Part shown: positions 28,115-37,423 of the stretch, one piece after another
How the letters are laid out: each line of letters starts with the position of its first letter
Position numbering within the stretch: position 1 is the stretch's first letter
Virus record (IMG/VR): IMGVR_UViG_3300042522_000315
Span: 1 to 64,000 of that record
Strand: one strand, 5' to 3'
DNA: 64,000 nt
DNA from: a virus
The notes under the pieces: model-generated
What the model saw: the letters and a program-made list of their open reading frames with translations, nothing else
Database searches by the model: none
What the model was told of the DNA's origin: nothing
Translations under genes and position numbers: made by a program

Positions 28115-29412
28115 CGGATGAAATTGTGATTAAAGAAGAAGCTAAGACTGTAGACCCATTGCTTGAAGCTCAATGGGATGAGTGGATTGCAAGTAATGAT
28201 ACTAGCGAAATTGAATGTCTAGGAGACGATGAGCTAAAACAGAAGCTGATTTCAGAGCTTTCTGAAGTGTCTCAGATGACAGTTGGTGAGTACACCCTTT
28301 ATCAGAAGTGGTGTGAATTCCAACGAGAGTATCCTTCTCATGAAGTTTCAACTCTTTTTGGTGTTGAAAAGCAACTCGTCAATATTGATGATGAGCAATA
28401 CATCAAGAATATCAAGAACAATATCTGGAGACCTGAAACGACAGAAGACTACATGAAGCTTGAACCAGTCTTGGTTTATACAGGCAAGAATCCTGAGCTA
28501 TCTCGCGTATGGAATACTATCAGAACATTCACTTCGACAATGAAGAACTCTTCTAACATTGGTCGTAATCTGAATTACATTGTTCAGGATAATGTAACAG
28601 GTAAGTATCTTGGTGTCATCTGCGTGTCTTCAGACTATCTTGATCTGACTCCTAGAGACCAGTTCATTGGTTGGTCGAGAGAGAAGAAGACACAAGGTCA
28701 TATGATTAACTTCACAGCAGTAGGTTCTACACTAGTACCATTGCAGCCGCTTGGCTTCAATGCTGTTGGTGGAAAACTTATGGCTCTTCTTTCTATTTCA
28801 GATGAAGTGCAGAATAGATGGAAAGAACTCTATGGTGACAGACTAGTAGGTGTCTCTACCACATCACTCTATGGTAAAGACAAGCTTGGTGGTCTAAGTC
28901 AGTATGATAATTTGAAGCACTGGAAGAAGATGGGTTATTCTGCTGGGTCAATTTCATATGAAGTTACAAAAGATACGGAGAAGCTTCTACTCGACTGGCT
29001 GAAGAAGAATTATACGCGCAAGTATTTTGAATGGTACATCGCAAAGAATCCATCAGGTCAGCCTTACAAGAGAGACCATAGAAATAGATCTAGAGTGTTT
29101 GCATATTCAAAACTCTCTATTCCTAAAGATGTGGTTTCTACGGCGCATCAGAGAGGTATTTACTTCTCATTGCTCTATGAGAATGGTTGTGAGTTTTTGA
29201 GGGGTGATATCAAAGAGAGTGAACTGAAGAAGTCTTTTGATACATCATATGAATATCTGACCAAACTTTGGAAAGAGAAGTATGCAGCAAAGAGGCTTCG
29301 CTCTTTAATCGAACAAAATCGTATGACCAACGAGACTTTGTTCTATGACGACCTAAGCTACATTTCTTGGGAAGAGACAAAAGAACGCTATCTGAACCAA
29401 GTTGGTCGATAA
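28111..29412 (+). CDS. DUF4338 / Druantia DruA-like domain protein
   Basis: GRNLNYIV.D..TGKYLGVI, L.PRD.FIGW, PLGFN..GGKLMALL, TTSLYG...SQY. Confidence 0.7.
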   Translation: MTDEIVIKEEAKTVDPLLEAQWDEWIASNDTSEIECLGDDELKQKLISELSEVSQMTVGEYTLYQKWCEFQREYPSHEVSTLFGVEKQLVNIDDEQYIKNIKNNIWRPETTEDYMKLEPVLVYTGKNPELSRVWNTIRTFTSTMKNSSNIGRNLNYIVQDNVTGKYLGVICVSSDYLDLTPRDQFIGWSREKKTQGHMINFTAVGSTLVPLQPLGFNAVGGKLMALLSISDEVQNRWKELYGDRLVGVSTTSLYGKDKLGGLSQYDNLKHWKKMGYSAGSISYEVTKDTEKLLLDWLKKNYTRKYFEWYIAKNPSGQPYKRDHRNRSRVFAYSKLSIPKDVVSTAHQRGIYFSLLYENGCEFLRGDIKESELKKSFDTSYEYLTKLWKEKYAAKRLRSLIEQNRMTNETLFYDDLSYISWEETKERYLNQVGR

Positions 29413-29485
29413 AAAACTACAACTTCCAGTCATATTACGTGCTAAACCACTGTAATCCAACATAAAACTTTTTTTTGGAAATGGC

Positions 29486-29513
29486 TTGCAATACGAACCA
29501 ACTCCTGTATATT
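29486..29513 (+). promoter_or_regulatory. sigma70-type early promoter
   Basis: TTGCAA-16 bp-TATATT, ending 7 nt before the ATG at 29521. Confidence 0.6.
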
Positions 29514-29520
29514 CACTCAC

Positions 29521-31698
29521 ATGACAAACACTCTTGCACATACAGTATCTCACGAAGCCCAGAGCCAGCTTGCAAAGCTGCTGGCCATGGAAAACATCAC
29601 TGTTCAGCATCAAGCATCTGCAAAGACTGCGATGTTTGATGTTAAGAACCGCGTTCTTATTCTGCCCGTCTGGCGCGAAATGTCTAAGCCTCTCTATGAC
29701 ATGCTTGTCATTCATGAGGTCGGACATGCTCTCGACACTCCTATGTTTCTTGATGACATTGAAGCTATCTCTAAGAAGCTTAATGCTCGTGTCGCTGTTG
29801 TCAAAGATTTCTTCAACGTTATTGAAGATGCTCGAATTGACAAGCGTCAGAAGCGCCGCTATCCCGGCTCTCGCCGCGACTACATCAAGGGTTATGCTGA
29901 ACTGATCGAAAAAGATTTTTTCGGTACTGCTTCGCGTGACGTTAATTCGATGACTTTCATTGATCGTATCAACATCTACTTCAAGGGTGGTGCGCTCTCT
30001 GGTATTCGGTTTTCGAATGAAGAGAAGGCTTTCATCTCTCGCATTGAAAATGCTGAGACTGTTGAAGAAGTCTACACTCTTGTTGAAGATGTATATAACT
30101 TCAGCAAAACTTCTCAGTCTGAAAATCAGGAAGAACCTGGTGATGCTGATGCTGATGTTGAAATTGAAATTGACTTTGACGAAGATTTCGAAGGTAATTT
30201 CAGCAGCGGTTCTGATACTGATGAAGATGAAGAAGCTTATTCTTCGAATGGTGCTTCTGATGAAGAAGCTGATGATGATGAAGATTCCGATGAGGATGCA
30301 TCTCCAGATGCATTCGGTGACACTGATGGTGACATTAATGCTGGCTCTTCGAAAGAGAGCTACGTTGATGAAGTCGAATCTCCTGAGACTGAAAAAGCTT
30401 GGCAGAAGAAGCAGGAAGAACTTCTTGCAAATTCTAATATCAACTACGTTTATGTGACTATTCCTCGTCCGAGCAATATCAATGACATTGTTGATGACTA
30501 CAAGATTGTTCACAAGCAGATGAGTTCATCTCTTGCTGCTTGTGCAGGTTCTGCTTGGTTGATGTCAGTGCGTGAAGAACTGAATGCTTTCCGTGTTTCT
30601 GAAAATGCGACCATCTCTTACATGGTCAAAGAATTTGAAATGCGTAAGTCTGCCGATGAATATCGCCGCACTGCTACTGGTAAGACTGGTGCCATTGATA
30701 TGAACAAGCTTCACTCTTACAAGTATAACGACGATCTCTTCCGCCGTATCACCACTGTATCAGAAGGTAAAAATCACGGCTTCGTGATGTTTGTTGATTG
30801 GTCTGGTTCTATGGAACATCATCTTAAGAATACTTTGAAGCAGATGTTCTCACTGGTTTGGTTCTGCAAGCGAGTGCAGATTCCTTTTGAAGTCTACTCG
30901 TTCCGTTCGATCAATCAGTCTGATAACTTCAATAAGAACTTTTGTGTATACAAAAAGACCGATCTTGACTTGCGTCCGTTCAAGCTTCGCAACATTCTTT
31001 CTTCTCGGATGAATTCTGCTGAAATGAACACCGCGTTTTTCAATCTCTGGTCTTTCGCTTGTGGTGCTCATATTCGTACCGATTCATTGGGTTCTACTCC
31101 TTTGAATGATGCGATTATGGTTGCTGATCTTGTAGTGAATGCTTTCAAGAACCGCACCAAAGTTCAGGTTGTTAATACGGTCTTTCTTACTGATGGTGAG
31201 TCCGATGGTTGTTCTTTGCATAATCAACCTCATTTCAGCCCCAAGACTAGCAAGTTCATTCTTCAAGATGAAATTACCAAGAAAGATTTCAATCTTGGTT
31301 CATCTTATGGTGGTAGTTTTTATTCAACGAAAGAAACCACTGCTACATTGCTTCGTGTACTGAAAGAACGTACCAACTGCAATCTGATTGGCTTCTATGT
31401 CTATGGTGAAGGTTTCCGTACTATGATGCACAGCTTCTACGGCTACAACTATGATGACAAGTTTGCCAAAGAAGCGAAGAAGAGTTTTGAAGAACTTGGT
31501 TTTGTCACAGTCACGAATTCCGGCTACGATGAATACTACATTCTTCGTGCTGGTAGCTTGAACATCAAGACCAACAATCTGGTCATTGACAAGGGCATGA
31601 GCAAGGCGAAGATTGCCAAAGCTTTTCTGTCTTTCGCAGAAAAGAAGTCGGTAAATCGTGTTCTTCTTCAGCGGTTCATCAAGAAAATCGCTGCTTGA
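29521..31698 (+). CDS. metallopeptidase-like plus vWA domain protein (CobT-like partner of a MoxR ATPase)
   Basis: HEVGH zinc motif, FNVIEDARI, acidic linker, MIDAS elements FVDWSGSM, STPLN and FLTDGE. Confidence 0.85.
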   Translation: MTNTLAHTVSHEAQSQLAKLLAMENITVQHQASAKTAMFDVKNRVLILPVWREMSKPLYDMLVIHEVGHALDTPMFLDDIEAISKKLNARVAVVKDFFNVIEDARIDKRQKRRYPGSRRDYIKGYAELIEKDFFGTASRDVNSMTFIDRINIYFKGGALSGIRFSNEEKAFISRIENAETVEEVYTLVEDVYNFSKTSQSENQEEPGDADADVEIEIDFDEDFEGNFSSGSDTDEDEEAYSSNGASDEEADDDEDSDEDASPDAFGDTDGDINAGSSKESYVDEVESPETEKAWQKKQEELLANSNINYVYVTIPRPSNINDIVDDYKIVHKQMSSSLAACAGSAWLMSVREELNAFRVSENATISYMVKEFEMRKSADEYRRTATGKTGAIDMNKLHSYKYNDDLFRRITTVSEGKNHGFVMFVDWSGSMEHHLKNTLKQMFSLVWFCKRVQIPFEVYSFRSINQSDNFNKNFCVYKKTDLDLRPFKLRNILSSRMNSAEMNTAFFNLWSFACGAHIRTDSLGSTPLNDAIMVADLVVNAFKNRTKVQVVNTVFLTDGESDGCSLHNQPHFSPKTSKFILQDEITKKDFNLGSSYGGSFYSTKETTATLLRVLKERTNCNLIGFYVYGEGFRTMMHSFYGYNYDDKFAKEAKKSFEELGFVTVTNSGYDEYYILRAGSLNIKTNNLVIDKGMSKAKIAKAFLSFAEKKSVNRVLLQRFIKKIAA

Positions 31699-31723
31699 CA
31701 TTAACCCCTACTTCCTGTATTAT
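31695..31723 (+). promoter_or_regulatory. sigma70-type early promoter
   Basis: TTGACA-17 bp-TATTAT. Confidence 0.75.
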
Positions 31724-31753
31724 CTCTTTGTAACTGAGAAAGGAACATCTCTT

Positions 31754-32935
31754 ATGTCTCGTACTTCTGATCGTAGTGCTTTTCTGAATGCAGTCGAAAC
31801 GATGTTTGGTGAACTTAACACAATCACTCGCGCACAGATTGTAGAAGTCTGTGAGAAGAATGATATAAAGTGGCCCGGTTGGCTCGTTTGCGACAAGTCT
31901 CTCCGCGTTGACCGTGGTGTCTACTCTCTGTCTGGTGCAGTTTCGTCCAAACCTGCTGACGCTGTTGGAAAGTCTTCTTCCATTCCTGTTGTGTCCAATG
32001 TTGAAGAGATGACTATCGCTAATCTTCACTCTACAACTGCAAACATCAATCTTGTGCCGGCGAAGGCGACTGGTTACGTTCCGTTTGGTCACTTCAATGA
32101 CATTCGTTCGATCATTCGCTCTAAGCGGTTCTATCCGACTTATGTGACTGGTCTTTCTGGCAACGGTAAGACGATGATGATTGAACAGATTTGCGCCAAT
32201 GAAGGTCGTGAATTGGTTCGCGCCAATATCACGAAAGAGACCGATGAAGATGATCTGATCGGTGGTTTCCGTCTTCTTGAAGGTAAGACTGTCTGGCAGA
32301 ATGGTCCGGTTCTTGTTGCGATGGAACGTGGCTCTGTTCTTCTTCTTGATGAAGTCGATCTTGGTGATGCGAAACTTATGTGTCTTCAGCCGATCCTTGA
32401 AGGTAAGTCTGTCTACGTCAAGAAGATCAACAAGGTCGTGTTTCCTGCTGTTGGCTTCACGATTGTCGCCACTGCGAACACGAAGGGTAAGGGTTCTGAT
32501 GATGGTCGCTTCATCGGTACCAACGTGATGAACGAAGCTTTTCTTGAGCGTTTCTCTATCACGTTTGAGCAAGAGTATCCCGCTCTCAAGGTCGAACAGA
32601 AGATCATCAACAATGTCTTCGCTGAGAATGGTATTGAAGCCAAAGATTTTGCTGACAAGTTGGTGCAGTGGGCTGATGTAATTCGCAAGAGCTTCTACGA
32701 AGGCGCTGTGTCTGATATCATCTCTACTCGCCGTCTGGTTCATATCGCTCAAGCTTACACCATCTTCGGTCAAGATCGTGAGAAGTCAATCAAGTTGTGT
32801 CTGAACCGCTTCGACATTGATACCAAGAACTCGTTTCTTGATCTTTACATGAAGCTTGATGACACTCTTGCTCCCAAGACTGAAGCGGCAGAAAAAGAAG
32901 CTGAAAAGCTCGCCGATCAAGAAATTGCTTTCTAA
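31754..32935 (+). CDS. cobS: CobS/MoxR-like AAA+ ATPase
   Basis: GLSGNGKT, LLLDEVD, ATANTKGKGSDDGRFIGTNVMNEAFLERF, ISTRRL. Confidence 0.9.
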   Translation: MSRTSDRSAFLNAVETMFGELNTITRAQIVEVCEKNDIKWPGWLVCDKSLRVDRGVYSLSGAVSSKPADAVGKSSSIPVVSNVEEMTIANLHSTTANINLVPAKATGYVPFGHFNDIRSIIRSKRFYPTYVTGLSGNGKTMMIEQICANEGRELVRANITKETDEDDLIGGFRLLEGKTVWQNGPVLVAMERGSVLLLDEVDLGDAKLMCLQPILEGKSVYVKKINKVVFPAVGFTIVATANTKGKGSDDGRFIGTNVMNEAFLERFSITFEQEYPALKVEQKIINNVFAENGIEAKDFADKLVQWADVIRKSFYEGAVSDIISTRRLVHIAQAYTIFGQDREKSIKLCLNRFDIDTKNSFLDLYMKLDDTLAPKTEAAEKEAEKLADQEIAF

Positions 32936-32944
32936 GTTCTAAAA

Positions 32945-32998
32945 ACTGGTGAGACGTAATGCTACCGCGTCTCACCAGTCTAATATCACGGTAGCGTT
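32945..32998 (+). ncRNA. predicted H-type RNA pseudoknot in the 5' leader of the HTH gene
   Basis: Stem 1 ACTGGTGAGACG/CGTCTCACCAGT is a perfect 12 bp; loop GCTACCG pairs with downstream CGGTAGC. Confidence 0.65.
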
Positions 32999-33016
32999 TA
33001 TTATGGAGAAAATTGA

Positions 33017-33229
33017 ATGTCTCAGATTTCTAAGGTTGCTAAGTATCTTCTTACCAATGCCAAGCGCAATGGTCTTACTGCTTCAATGATTGCTCGTGGT
33101 ACTGGTGTTCCTCGTACCAACGTCATGAAGCGCATTCATGATCTTCGTGTTAACGAAGGTTTTGATATCGTGGCTGACCGCCGTCAGGTCAATGGTAAGA
33201 GCAAGGTTTATTATCGCTTCGCAGCCTAA
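33017..33229 (+). CDS. small winged-HTH protein
   Basis: GLTASMIARGTGVPRTNVMKRIHDLR..G, C-terminal YYR; GGAG Shine-Dalgarno. Confidence 0.7.
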   Translation: MSQISKVAKYLLTNAKRNGLTASMIARGTGVPRTNVMKRIHDLRVNEGFDIVADRRQVNGKSKVYYRFAA

Positions 33230-33247
33230 TAATATGTGAAGTCTATC

Positions 33248-33278
33248 AAAGGGACGCTATATACTAGCGTCCCTTTTT
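33248..33278 (+). terminator. intrinsic terminator hairpin
   Basis: AAAGGGACGCTA-TATAC-TAGCGTCCCTTTTT. Confidence 0.75.
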
Positions 33279-33294
33279 ACTATGGAGTTTTCTT

Positions 33295-34188
33295 ATGGAA
33301 TTGACTATTAAGCTTGAAGATTTGAGAAAGGCAAAGTTGTTTGTTGCCACACCAATGTATGGTGGACAGAACAACGGACTCTACATGAAGGCTTGTCTTG
33401 ACTTACAGGGCATCTGTATGCAGAACGGCATTGAGATCCGCTTCTCTTTTCTGTTCAATGAATCCCTGATCACCCGCGCTCGAAACTACCTTGTAGATGA
33501 ATTCTTGCGTTCTGGGTACACTCATCTACTTTTTATCGACTCTGACATTCACTTCGATCCGCAAGATATTCTTGCTCTGATTGCACTGAATAAGGACATA
33601 ATTGGAGCGCCGTACCCTAAGAAGTCTATCAACTGGAAGAACATAGCAGCGGCTATGGTAAAAGACCCCACCGTTGCTCCTGGTGTCTTGGACATGCTGG
33701 TAGGTGACTATGTGTTCAATCCCGTGCCTGGCACCAAGCAGTTCAGAGTTACAGAGCCTCTTGAGGTCATGGAGATTGGTACTGGCTTCATGATGGTGAA
33801 GAGAGAAGTCTTTGATAAGTTCAAGGATGCTTATCCAAAGCAGAACTACAAGCCAGACCACGTTGGACAGGCAAACTTTGACGGTTCTAGGTACATTCAT
33901 GCGTACTTTGATACTGTGATCGACAACGGCTACACCTACGATGATCTATATGCACTCATTGTCAGGTCTTCTGCTGGAGAAAATGTATCAGAAGACGCCA
34001 AGAAGATGATTGAGATTGAAAAGACCGCTTCACACCGCTATCTATCAGAAGATTATATGTTCTGTCAGTATGCAAGACGAATTGGACTTCAGGTCTGGTT
34101 GTGTCCTTGGATGAAGACGCAGCACATCGGTACGTTTGCTTTCACTGGTAACATGCAGGCAATTGCTCAACATACAGGAAACCTCTAA
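33295..34188 (+). CDS. GT-A-fold glycosyltransferase-like protein
   Basis: ATPMYGG, NESLITRARN, LLFIDSD (DxD), GTGFMMVKR, LSEDY.FC. Confidence 0.7.
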   Translation: MELTIKLEDLRKAKLFVATPMYGGQNNGLYMKACLDLQGICMQNGIEIRFSFLFNESLITRARNYLVDEFLRSGYTHLLFIDSDIHFDPQDILALIALNKDIIGAPYPKKSINWKNIAAAMVKDPTVAPGVLDMLVGDYVFNPVPGTKQFRVTEPLEVMEIGTGFMMVKREVFDKFKDAYPKQNYKPDHVGQANFDGSRYIHAYFDTVIDNGYTYDDLYALIVRSSAGENVSEDAKKMIEIEKTASHRYLSEDYMFCQYARRIGLQVWLCPWMKTQHIGTFAFTGNMQAIAQHTGNL

Positions 34189-34829
34189 TGATTATTGGTG
34201 TAGTTGGATTTATTGGTTCAGGTAAGGGTACTGTTGCAGATGTACTTGTGAACAAATATTCTTTTCACAAGCTCTCTTTTGCTGACACTGTAAAGGATGC
34301 TACAGCGGCCATCTTCGGATGGCCGCGTGGTCTTCTAGAAGGTGATACAGATGAAAGTCGTGCATGGCGAGAAATTCCAGATGAATGGTGGTCAAAGAGA
34401 TTTGGTTACAACATTTCTCCTCGTCTTGCTCTACAGATGATGGGCACTGAAGCAGGTCGTGATGTCTTCCATAAAGACTTGTGGGTCTATTCACTTGAAC
34501 GTAAGATGGAACTATATCCTAATGTAGTTATTGCTGACGTTCGTTTTCCAAACGAAATCAAGTTCATTCAAGATAAGGGTGGCTTTGTAATTCGTGTGAA
34601 GCGCGGCCTTGACCCTGAGTGGTATGATGTTGCTTATCATGCCAACAAAGAAGGTAATACTGATCTGATGATTGATTATCCAATTCACTATTCTGAGTGG
34701 GCATGGATTGGTTCAATCATGGATCATGAACTGCATAACACAGGAACTGTTTCCATGCTTGAAGGTGATGTGGCTCACATGCTAAAAGTCTTTACAGGTC
34801 CACGAAATCCTGCTAACATTGCAGCTTAA
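34188..34829 (+). CDS. deoxynucleoside monophosphate kinase (gp1-like)
   Basis: GFIGSGKGT, SFAD.VK, R.ALQ.MGTE.GR, DVRFPNE. Confidence 0.9.
   Translation: MIIGVVGFIGSGKGTVADVLVNKYSFHKLSFADTVKDATAAIFGWPRGLLEGDTDESRAWREIPDEWWSKRFGYNISPRLALQMMGTEAGRDVFHKDLWVYSLERKMELYPNVVIADVRFPNEIKFIQDKGGFVIRVKRGLDPEWYDVAYHANKEGNTDLMIDYPIHYSEWAWIGSIMDHELHNTGTVSMLEGDVAHMLKVFTGPRNPANIAA
34791..34819 (+). promoter_or_regulatory. sigma70-type promoter upstream of gp45
   Basis: TTTACA-17 bp-TAACAT with an extended TG. Confidence 0.5.
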
Positions 34830-34846
34830 CTATAAGGAGTTATATT

Positions 34847-35512
34847 ATGAAGTTTAGTGAAGACACTCTTGTTGTTCTAAAGAATTTTGCTTCAATCAAT
34901 TCAGGTCTTGTCCTCAATAAAGGAAATGTACAGAGAACGATTTCTTCTGAGAAGTCGGTTCTTGCTGAAGCAACTTTTGAAGAATCTATTCCGTTTCAGC
35001 TTGGCATCTATGATTTCAACCAGTTCTTAGGTAACGTCTCAGCACTGGGTGATGCCGAACTGACTTTTTATGATAATCGAATTGTGATGAGTGACGGTGA
35101 AATCGAATTGAATTATTACTCATCGCCGACTAGCAACATCATCAGTCCGCCAGATAAGGAACTGAAGATGAAGAAGGTTGATGCTTCGTTCGTATTGACC
35201 AATAATGTTTTACAGAAGTTTCTTCGTCTTGCTGCAATGAATAATTTCAGCAACATCTCTTTGATTGGTAAAGATGGTGAAATCAGACTGCACACACATA
35301 TCAAGAATGTTGATACATCAAACTATGCGTCAATCAAGTTGAATGATTATAACGGTGAAGATTTCGCTGCCACATTCAAGGTTGAGAACATCAAGCTTCT
35401 TCCTGCTGATTATGATGTAGAGATTGAGTTTGGTGCGTTTGCAAAGTTCACTTGCAGAAGTGGCATCTTTAAGGACAAGATCAGGTATTTCATCGCATTG
35501 GAGGCAAAGTAA
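34847..35512 (+). CDS. gp45: sliding clamp gp45
   Basis: MKFSEDTLVVLKNFASIN, GIYDFNQFL, Y.IALE. Confidence 0.93.
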   Translation: MKFSEDTLVVLKNFASINSGLVLNKGNVQRTISSEKSVLAEATFEESIPFQLGIYDFNQFLGNVSALGDAELTFYDNRIVMSDGEIELNYYSSPTSNIISPPDKELKMKKVDASFVLTNNVLQKFLRLAAMNNFSNISLIGKDGEIRLHTHIKNVDTSNYASIKLNDYNGEDFAATFKVENIKLLPADYDVEIEFGAFAKFTCRSGIFKDKIRYFIALEAK

Positions 35513-35799
35513 TGAGCGGTATTGGACACAATCAGCAGAACTATGTTAGCATTTCATCTCTCACGAATGAACAGAAGGATCGCCTTCGCAATTCAATCCG
35601 TGAATTGAATGATAGTATGACACGGATTGCATCTGAGAGAGATTTCCAGAAGACAGCTATTGATGATGTCTCTGAAAAGACTGGTGTTGATAAGAAGACT
35701 ATTCGTCGCATGGCTAAGGTCTACTTCAAGGCAAACTATGCACAAGAGCAAGAAGATCAGCGCCGCTTCGAAGAGTTCTATGATGGAGTCATGAAGTAA
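35512..35799 (+). CDS. DsbA/GapR-like dsDNA-binding protein
   Basis: SMTRIASERDFQK...VDKKTIRRMAKVYFK...FEEFY. Confidence 0.7.
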   Translation: MSGIGHNQQNYVSISSLTNEQKDRLRNSIRELNDSMTRIASERDFQKTAIDDVSEKTGVDKKTIRRMAKVYFKANYAQEQEDQRRFEEFYDGVMK

Positions 35800-36284
35800 T
35801 GCCAACTGACTTGTATGGTGACACATACATGAGTTACCGAGATGTGGCCAGGAAACTGGTCACACTTGGTATCAGAAAGCCATTTTATCAGATGCATATT
35901 GATGCTGATAACATCATCTCATACAGCGTTGCTGGTAATAATCAAAAAGTATCTTTGAACCACGCTGGAATTTATGTGATCTACAGAAAGCTTGATAACA
36001 AGCTAGAAGCACTGTACACTGGACATTCAAACAACAGCATTGCCCAGCGCATCTATAGATTTATCAAAGAACTTCAAGATAGATCACGAGATGATGAAGA
36101 TCACTATGCAGCAAAGAAAGCGAGACAACATGGTGTGAAATCGACCGACACTTTCATGATTAAAGTTTTACACAGAGATGAAATTCCAACATTTGAGAAT
36201 TTCAAATATGATATGAATAGAGTTGATGAGTGTGTCGCAGCATTGCTAAAAACACGCTATAATGAAAGATTGATCTATGACTGA
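35799..36284 (+). CDS. GIY-YIG-like nuclease
   Basis: AGIYVIY...LYTGHS...I.QRI.RF. Confidence 0.55.
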   Translation: MPTDLYGDTYMSYRDVARKLVTLGIRKPFYQMHIDADNIISYSVAGNNQKVSLNHAGIYVIYRKLDNKLEALYTGHSNNSIAQRIYRFIKELQDRSRDDEDHYAAKKARQHGVKSTDTFMIKVLHRDEIPTFENFKYDMNRVDECVAALLKTRYNERLIYD

Positions 36285-36534
36285 AGAAGAGAAAAGAAAA
36301 CAGACTGTAGAACGTATGGCTGAACTCATGGTGCCAATTGACAATGCAATCATGATGAGCGATAATGTTCTAGATGTCCTAATGCTTGCATCAAACATGC
36401 TAGTGACCGCCAAAGAAATCTACATTCAAAATATTGGTGGTGCTGGTGCCAAAGAACTCTTTCAGAACATGACGGATAAAATTGATGAACGAATCCTTCC
36501 TATGGGTCGAAAAGTATCGCCCTCAAAAGATTAA
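36277..36534 (+). CDS. hypothetical protein
   Basis: 85-aa helical ORF coupled to its neighbours. Confidence 0.55.
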   Translation: MTEEEKRKQTVERMAELMVPIDNAIMMSDNVLDVLMLASNMLVTAKEIYIQNIGGAGAKELFQNMTDKIDERILPMGRKVSPSKD

Positions 36535-37423
36535 TGACTGTATTCTTCCTGAGAGATTGAAGAACGTCTTTCAAGAATTTGTGAACAAGAAAGAGATACC
36601 AAATCTCATGCTGACTGGTTCTGCTGGTGTCGGTAAGACAACAGTAGCCAGAGCAATGTGTGATGAAATTGGTATCAACCATCTGTACATTAACGCATCA
36701 GAAAGTCGTGGTATTGATATGCTACGAACAACTATTCGTGGCTATGCATCTACGATATCTCTCACTTCAGGTAAGAAGGTCATCATACTAGATGAAGCCG
36801 ACTATCTGACTGGTGAGGCACAAGCCGCAATGCGCGGCACCATCGAAGAGTTTTCCAATAACTGTACGTTCATTTTAACATGCAACTACAAAGCAAAGCT
36901 GATTGATGCTATTCACTCGCGTTGCTCTGTCATTGAATTTGCTCTTAAGAATGAAGAGAAGAAAGAAATGGCGTCTCAACTATTCAAGAGACTTCAATTC
37001 ATTCTTACCGAAGAAGGTGTGACATATGATAAGACAGTTCTTGTTAAGATTATCGAAAAGTATTTCCCTGACTATCGCCGTACTCTTAATGAATTACAGC
37101 GTTATAGTTCTTCTGGTTCTCTTGATGCTGGGATTGTTGCTCAACTGTCCGATGTTCGTAAGATTGGTGAACTGGTTAAATACCTAAAAGAAAAGAACTT
37201 CGGTGAAATGCGAAAGTGGGTTGTCATGAACTCTGACATTGATCCAGCAAGAGTGTTTCGTAAAATCTACGATAGCTTGTCAGAAAGCATCAAGCCTGAG
37301 TTCATACCTCAAGCTGTCATCGTCATTGCCAAGTATCAGTATCAGTCGGCTTTCGTTGCAGATCAAGAGATCAATCTTGTTGCATGTCTGACTGAGATGA
37401 TGGTAGAATGTGAATATGTTTGA
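36485..37423 (+). CDS. gp44: clamp loader large subunit gp44
   Basis: LWVEKYRP, GSAGVGKTT, ILDEAD, SRC, FPDYRR.LNELQ. Confidence 0.96.
   Translation: MNESFLWVEKYRPQKINDCILPERLKNVFQEFVNKKEIPNLMLTGSAGVGKTTVARAMCDEIGINHLYINASESRGIDMLRTTIRGYASTISLTSGKKVIILDEADYLTGEAQAAMRGTIEEFSNNCTFILTCNYKAKLIDAIHSRCSVIEFALKNEEKKEMASQLFKRLQFILTEEGVTYDKTVLVKIIEKYFPDYRRTLNELQRYSSSGSLDAGIVAQLSDVRKIGELVKYLKEKNFGEMRKWVVMNSDIDPARVFRKIYDSLSESIKPEFIPQAVIVIAKYQYQSAFVADQEINLVACLTEMMVECEYV

Noticed and set aside
29353-30513. 386-aa minus-strand ORF
   Set aside because: It is the antisense shadow of the vWA gene. Sense codon bias removes antisense stops, and it has no SD or recognisable motifs.
31679-32773. 364-aa minus-strand ORF
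   Set aside because: It is the antisense shadow of the CobS-like ATPase, for the same reason.
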